A DNA stretch of 64,000 nucleotides, from NCBI RefSeq assembly GCF_030530845.1, contig NZ_JAUMUE010000001.1; one strand, given 5' to 3'. The notes under the pieces were generated by a model that did not search any database, had not been told where the DNA came from, and saw nothing but the letters and a program-made list of their open reading frames with translations. Of the stretch, positions 61,570-64,000 are shown in pieces. The translations under genes and the position numbers were made by a program. The number at the start of each line of letters is the position of its first letter. Position 1 is the first letter of the stretch. The DNA comes from Limosilactobacillus sp. Its GTDB lineage: Bacteria > Bacillota > Bacilli > Lactobacillales > Lactobacillaceae.

Positions 61570-61993
61570 ACTTCTTATTGAACATTTGCTTGATGTTTCG
61601 CCAGAGTGAACCCTTTTCTTGGAAGTCGGCCACTTCTTGGGTGACTTCGATACAACCGATGTACTTGCCATCTTCGTCGTGGAGAGCGTAGAAACAGATG
61701 CTGACAGGTTTCTTGTGATAGTGGATTAAGACCTTGATGCCATCACGATCACCAGAGTGCATTTGAGCTAAGACTTGCTTGACCCGACCTTGGCTATGAC
61801 CTGGGTGAACTTCCAATACGTGCTTGCCGAGGTCATCGTCGGTCCGCTTGAAGAGACGGTCCTTGTTGGCTGAAGACCAGCGCACAATATCATTTTCATC
61901 GATAAAGTCAAATTCTACAGGGATCGTTTCAAAGATAGCGTCCAATTGCTTGAGAGTAAGTGCGCCACCCTTAAGGTTAATCATATCCATCAT
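61568..61993 (-). CDS. stand-alone PAS (PAS_10 / DUF438-associated type) domain protein
   Basis: 141 aa. The pattern IPVEFDFIDENDIVRWSS...R....LGK.V...HP..S...V is as in the C-terminal PAS of DUF438 proteins. It lies 12 nt downstream of the exonuclease gene. Confidence 0.6.
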   Translation of the reverse strand: MMDMINLKGGALTLKQLDAIFETIPVEFDFIDENDIVRWSSANKDRLFKRTDDDLGKHVLEVHPGHSQGRVKQVLAQMHSGDRDGIKVLIHYHKKPVSICFYALHDEDGKYIGCIEVTQEVADFQEKGSLWRNIKQMFNKK

Positions 61994-62005
61994 ATGTCCT
62001 TCTTT

Positions 62006-62542
62006 CTATCCAATTAATTTAATAAATGGGCGGAGTTGGTCAGCGCCAAATCGCCGTCCCTGGTAAAGTAAGATGTTGGCACAAGCCTGTGCATCATCCA
62101 ATGCATTGTGGTGGTGATGCAAGTCGATGTCCAACGCATCACAAATTGTATTAAGCTTATAATTCTCCAGCCCCGGAATTAGTGTTCGACTAGAAACCAC
62201 GGTGTCGAGCGTCTGGTAAGCAGGTGGCTGGATACCGTAATGTTCGAGCGTGCTCCTCAAAACACTGTTGTCAAATCGATTGTTATGAGCGATCACCAAT
62301 TTATCTGGTGTGAAAAATTGCTTAATGTGTTCCCAGACTTCAGGGAAAGTTGGGGCGTTGGCCACGTCTTGCTCATGAATGCCGTGGATCTGAACGTTGC
62401 GCCAGAAAAAGTCCGTCTGCGGATTGATTAAACTGTAAAATTCGTCGACAATTTGATCGTTTCTGACAACGGTCAAAGCCAGTGAACATGCGCTAAATCG
62501 CTTGCCACTGGCAGTTTCAAAATCCATTGCGACAAAATTCAT
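62006..62542 (-). CDS. DEDDh 3'-5' exonuclease (DnaQ-like domain only)
   Basis: MDFET (Exo I), AHNNRFD (Exo II), and HNALDDA (Exo III, H-x4-D). GGTGGTGG RBS. Confidence 0.85.
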   Translation of the reverse strand: MNFVAMDFETASGKRFSACSLALTVVRNDQIVDEFYSLINPQTDFFWRNVQIHGIHEQDVANAPTFPEVWEHIKQFFTPDKLVIAHNNRFDNSVLRSTLEHYGIQPPAYQTLDTVVSSRTLIPGLENYKLNTICDALDIDLHHHHNALDDAQACANILLYQGRRFGADQLRPFIKLIG

Positions 62543-62666
62543 TTGACCACCACCTTAAGAAAATATTAACAACATCATTTATTGTACAAATCACAAACTT
62601 CATTTGCAATAAAATGTTAAAATGACAAGTGAGCTTTACAACGAAAACGAGGAATGAGGAAAATAC

Positions 62667-63560
62667 ATGGTTAATTTGATTACAGAATTTCCAGAAATTG
62701 AAATTAGACAAGACGAACCGCTGAGTTTTTACACCTACACCCATACCGGTGGCCCAGCGGATTGGTTGGCATTTCCTAAGACCGTGGATGACGTTAAGAA
62801 GTTGGTTGATTTCGCACGTGAAAACGACCTGCCACTGACCGTCCTCGGTAACGCCAGCAACCTGATTGTCCGCGACGGTGGGATTGAAGGATTAACCATG
62901 ATTTTGACCCGGATGAACCAGATTACGGTGGACGGGGATGAAGTGACTGCCCAAGCCGGTGCGTCATACATCCTAACCACCATTGCGGCCCGCGACAATA
63001 ATCTGACCGGGCTCGAATTTGCAGCTGGGATTCCCGGTAGTGTTGGTGGTGCAATTTTCATGAACGCCGGTGCTTATGGTGGTGAAACTAAGAATGTTGT
63101 ATCCAAGGTGACCGTTCTCATGCCAGACGGAACGATCAAGGAACTCTCTAACGAAGAACTCGACTTTGGTTACCGCCACTCCAGTATCCAAATCAATCAC
63201 GGAGTTGTCCTCGACGCGACATTCTCCCTCAAGCCAGGGGATTACGATGAAATCAAGGCACAGATGGACGACTTGAATGCTCGGCGCGCTGAAAAGCAAC
63301 CGCTCGAACTGCCATCCTGTGGTTCTGTCTTCAAGCGGCCAGAAGGCTACTTTGCTGGCAAGCTGATCCATGACGCTGGTCTGCAAGGCTACACTTCCGG
63401 TGGTGCCCAAGTATCTACCAAGCACGCTGGATTCATCGTCAACATCGATCACGGTACCGCACACGATTACGTTAACGTGATTCACCACGTTCAAAAAGTC
63501 GTCAAAGAAAAGTTCGGCGTTGACCTGGAAACTGAAGTAAGAATTATTGGACGCGATTAG
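62667..63560 (+). CDS. murB: UDP-N-acetylenolpyruvoylglucosamine reductase
   Basis: [23 protein letters not shown], and SCGSVFKRP motifs. Confidence 0.95.
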   Translation: MVNLITEFPEIEIRQDEPLSFYTYTHTGGPADWLAFPKTVDDVKKLVDFARENDLPLTVLGNASNLIVRDGGIEGLTMILTRMNQITVDGDEVTAQAGASYILTTIAARDNNLTGLEFAAGIPGSVGGAIFMNAGAYGGETKNVVSKVTVLMPDGTIKELSNEELDFGYRHSSIQINHGVVLDATFSLKPGDYDEIKAQMDDLNARRAEKQPLELPSCGSVFKRPEGYFAGKLIHDAGLQGYTSGGAQVSTKHAGFIVNIDHGTAHDYVNVIHHVQKVVKEKFGVDLETEVRIIGRD

Positions 63561-63659
63561 ATTATAAAAACGTTTTACTTATTGATAGATTAGTATTTGA
63601 GATTGTGTCAAAGTATGATAAAATTAAAGAGTGAAAAGTTTTACTAAGGAGACCTTGAA

Positions 63660-64000
63660 ATGAGTAAGAATATTGTAGTTTTAGGTAGTATTAATGTGGA
63701 CACCACATACCACGTAGAACGTTTCCCACAACCAGGTGAGACGATTTCTGCTAAGTCCAAGAGTTCTGCTCCTGGTGGTAAGGGTGCTAACCAAGCCGTT
63801 GCAGCTGCCCGTTCTGGTGCCAAGACTGCTTTCATCGGTGCTGTTGGTGCTGATAGCGAAGGTGAATACATGTTGGAAGCATTGAAGGACAACGACGTGG
63901 ATATCCGCCACATCGCTACCGACAAGCTCCACGGTACTGGTACTGCTGCTGTTACACTTGATGCTAATGGCCAAAACGACATCATGATTTACGGTGGTGC
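63660..64000 (+). CDS. rbsK: ribokinase (PfkB family), 3'-truncated by window edge
   Basis: MSKNIVVLGSINVDTTYHVERFPQPGETI...APGGKGANQAVAAAR. AAGGAG lies 8 nt before ATG 63660. This ORF is not in the supplied track because it runs off the window. Confidence 0.85.
   Translation, partial: MSKNIVVLGSINVDTTYHVERFPQPGETISAKSKSSAPGGKGANQAVAAARSGAKTAFIGAVGADSEGEYMLEALKDNDVDIRHIATDKLHGTGTAAVTLDANGQNDIMIYGG

Noticed and set aside
63644-63985. 113-aa and 97-aa minus-strand ORFs at the window end
   Set aside because: They are antisense to the clear ribokinase N-terminus (GGKGANQA motif) that starts at 63660 on the + strand.

Overview
This looks like a core-chromosome segment of a Lactobacillaceae-type Firmicute. 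I saw no rRNA, CRISPR array, IS element or prophage. All calls were made by eye from conserved motifs, RBS/start context and synteny; no database search or RNA folding was run.

Content: about 62 protein genes, mostly on the + strand, plus one tRNA-Arg(CCG). In order:
- ppk (5'-truncated)-ppx, galE, tsaB-rimI-tsaD, proC
- a T-box-controlled omega-amidase / aminotransferase / PanE-like reductase operon
- an ABC-F ATPase, rex, groES-groEL, a KimA-like K+ transporter, yigZ-like, comFA-comFC, hpf, secA
- prfB (programmed +1 frameshift), pspC/yvlD-like genes, hprK-lgt-gpsA, galU, trxB, pgm, uvrB-uvrA
- a cystathionine-lyase + cystine-type ABC transporter operon
- rapZ-yvcK-whiA, clpP, tRNA-Arg, gap-pgk-tpiA-eno
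- two tandem paralogous lipoproteins, an APC permease, a ClC antiporter, secG-rnr-smpB
- a tubby/LURP-one-like gene, ung, pta, tsaE + GNAT, a PAS-only protein + DEDDh exonuclease, murB, and the start of rbsK

The interesting signals are regulatory or small:
1. A promoter, a 27-codon leader ORF with three consecutive Cys codons, and an intrinsic terminator sit in front of the cysteine/cystine operon. The segment just after the Cys codons is a near copy of the terminator 3' arm. This is a candidate Cys-sensing leader-peptide attenuator.
2. A T-box leader (probably Met) controls an MtnU/MtnE-like pair plus a PanE-like reductase.
3. Both groESL and clpP carry a CtsR heptad repeat together with a CIRCE palindrome.
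4. Two well-signalled small ORFs (36 and 43 aa), too short for the ORF track, lie between clpP and tRNA-Arg.
5. tpiA has relaxed codon bias and terminator-like hairpins inside the gap operon.
6. A complete lipoprotein transcription unit is tandemly duplicated.
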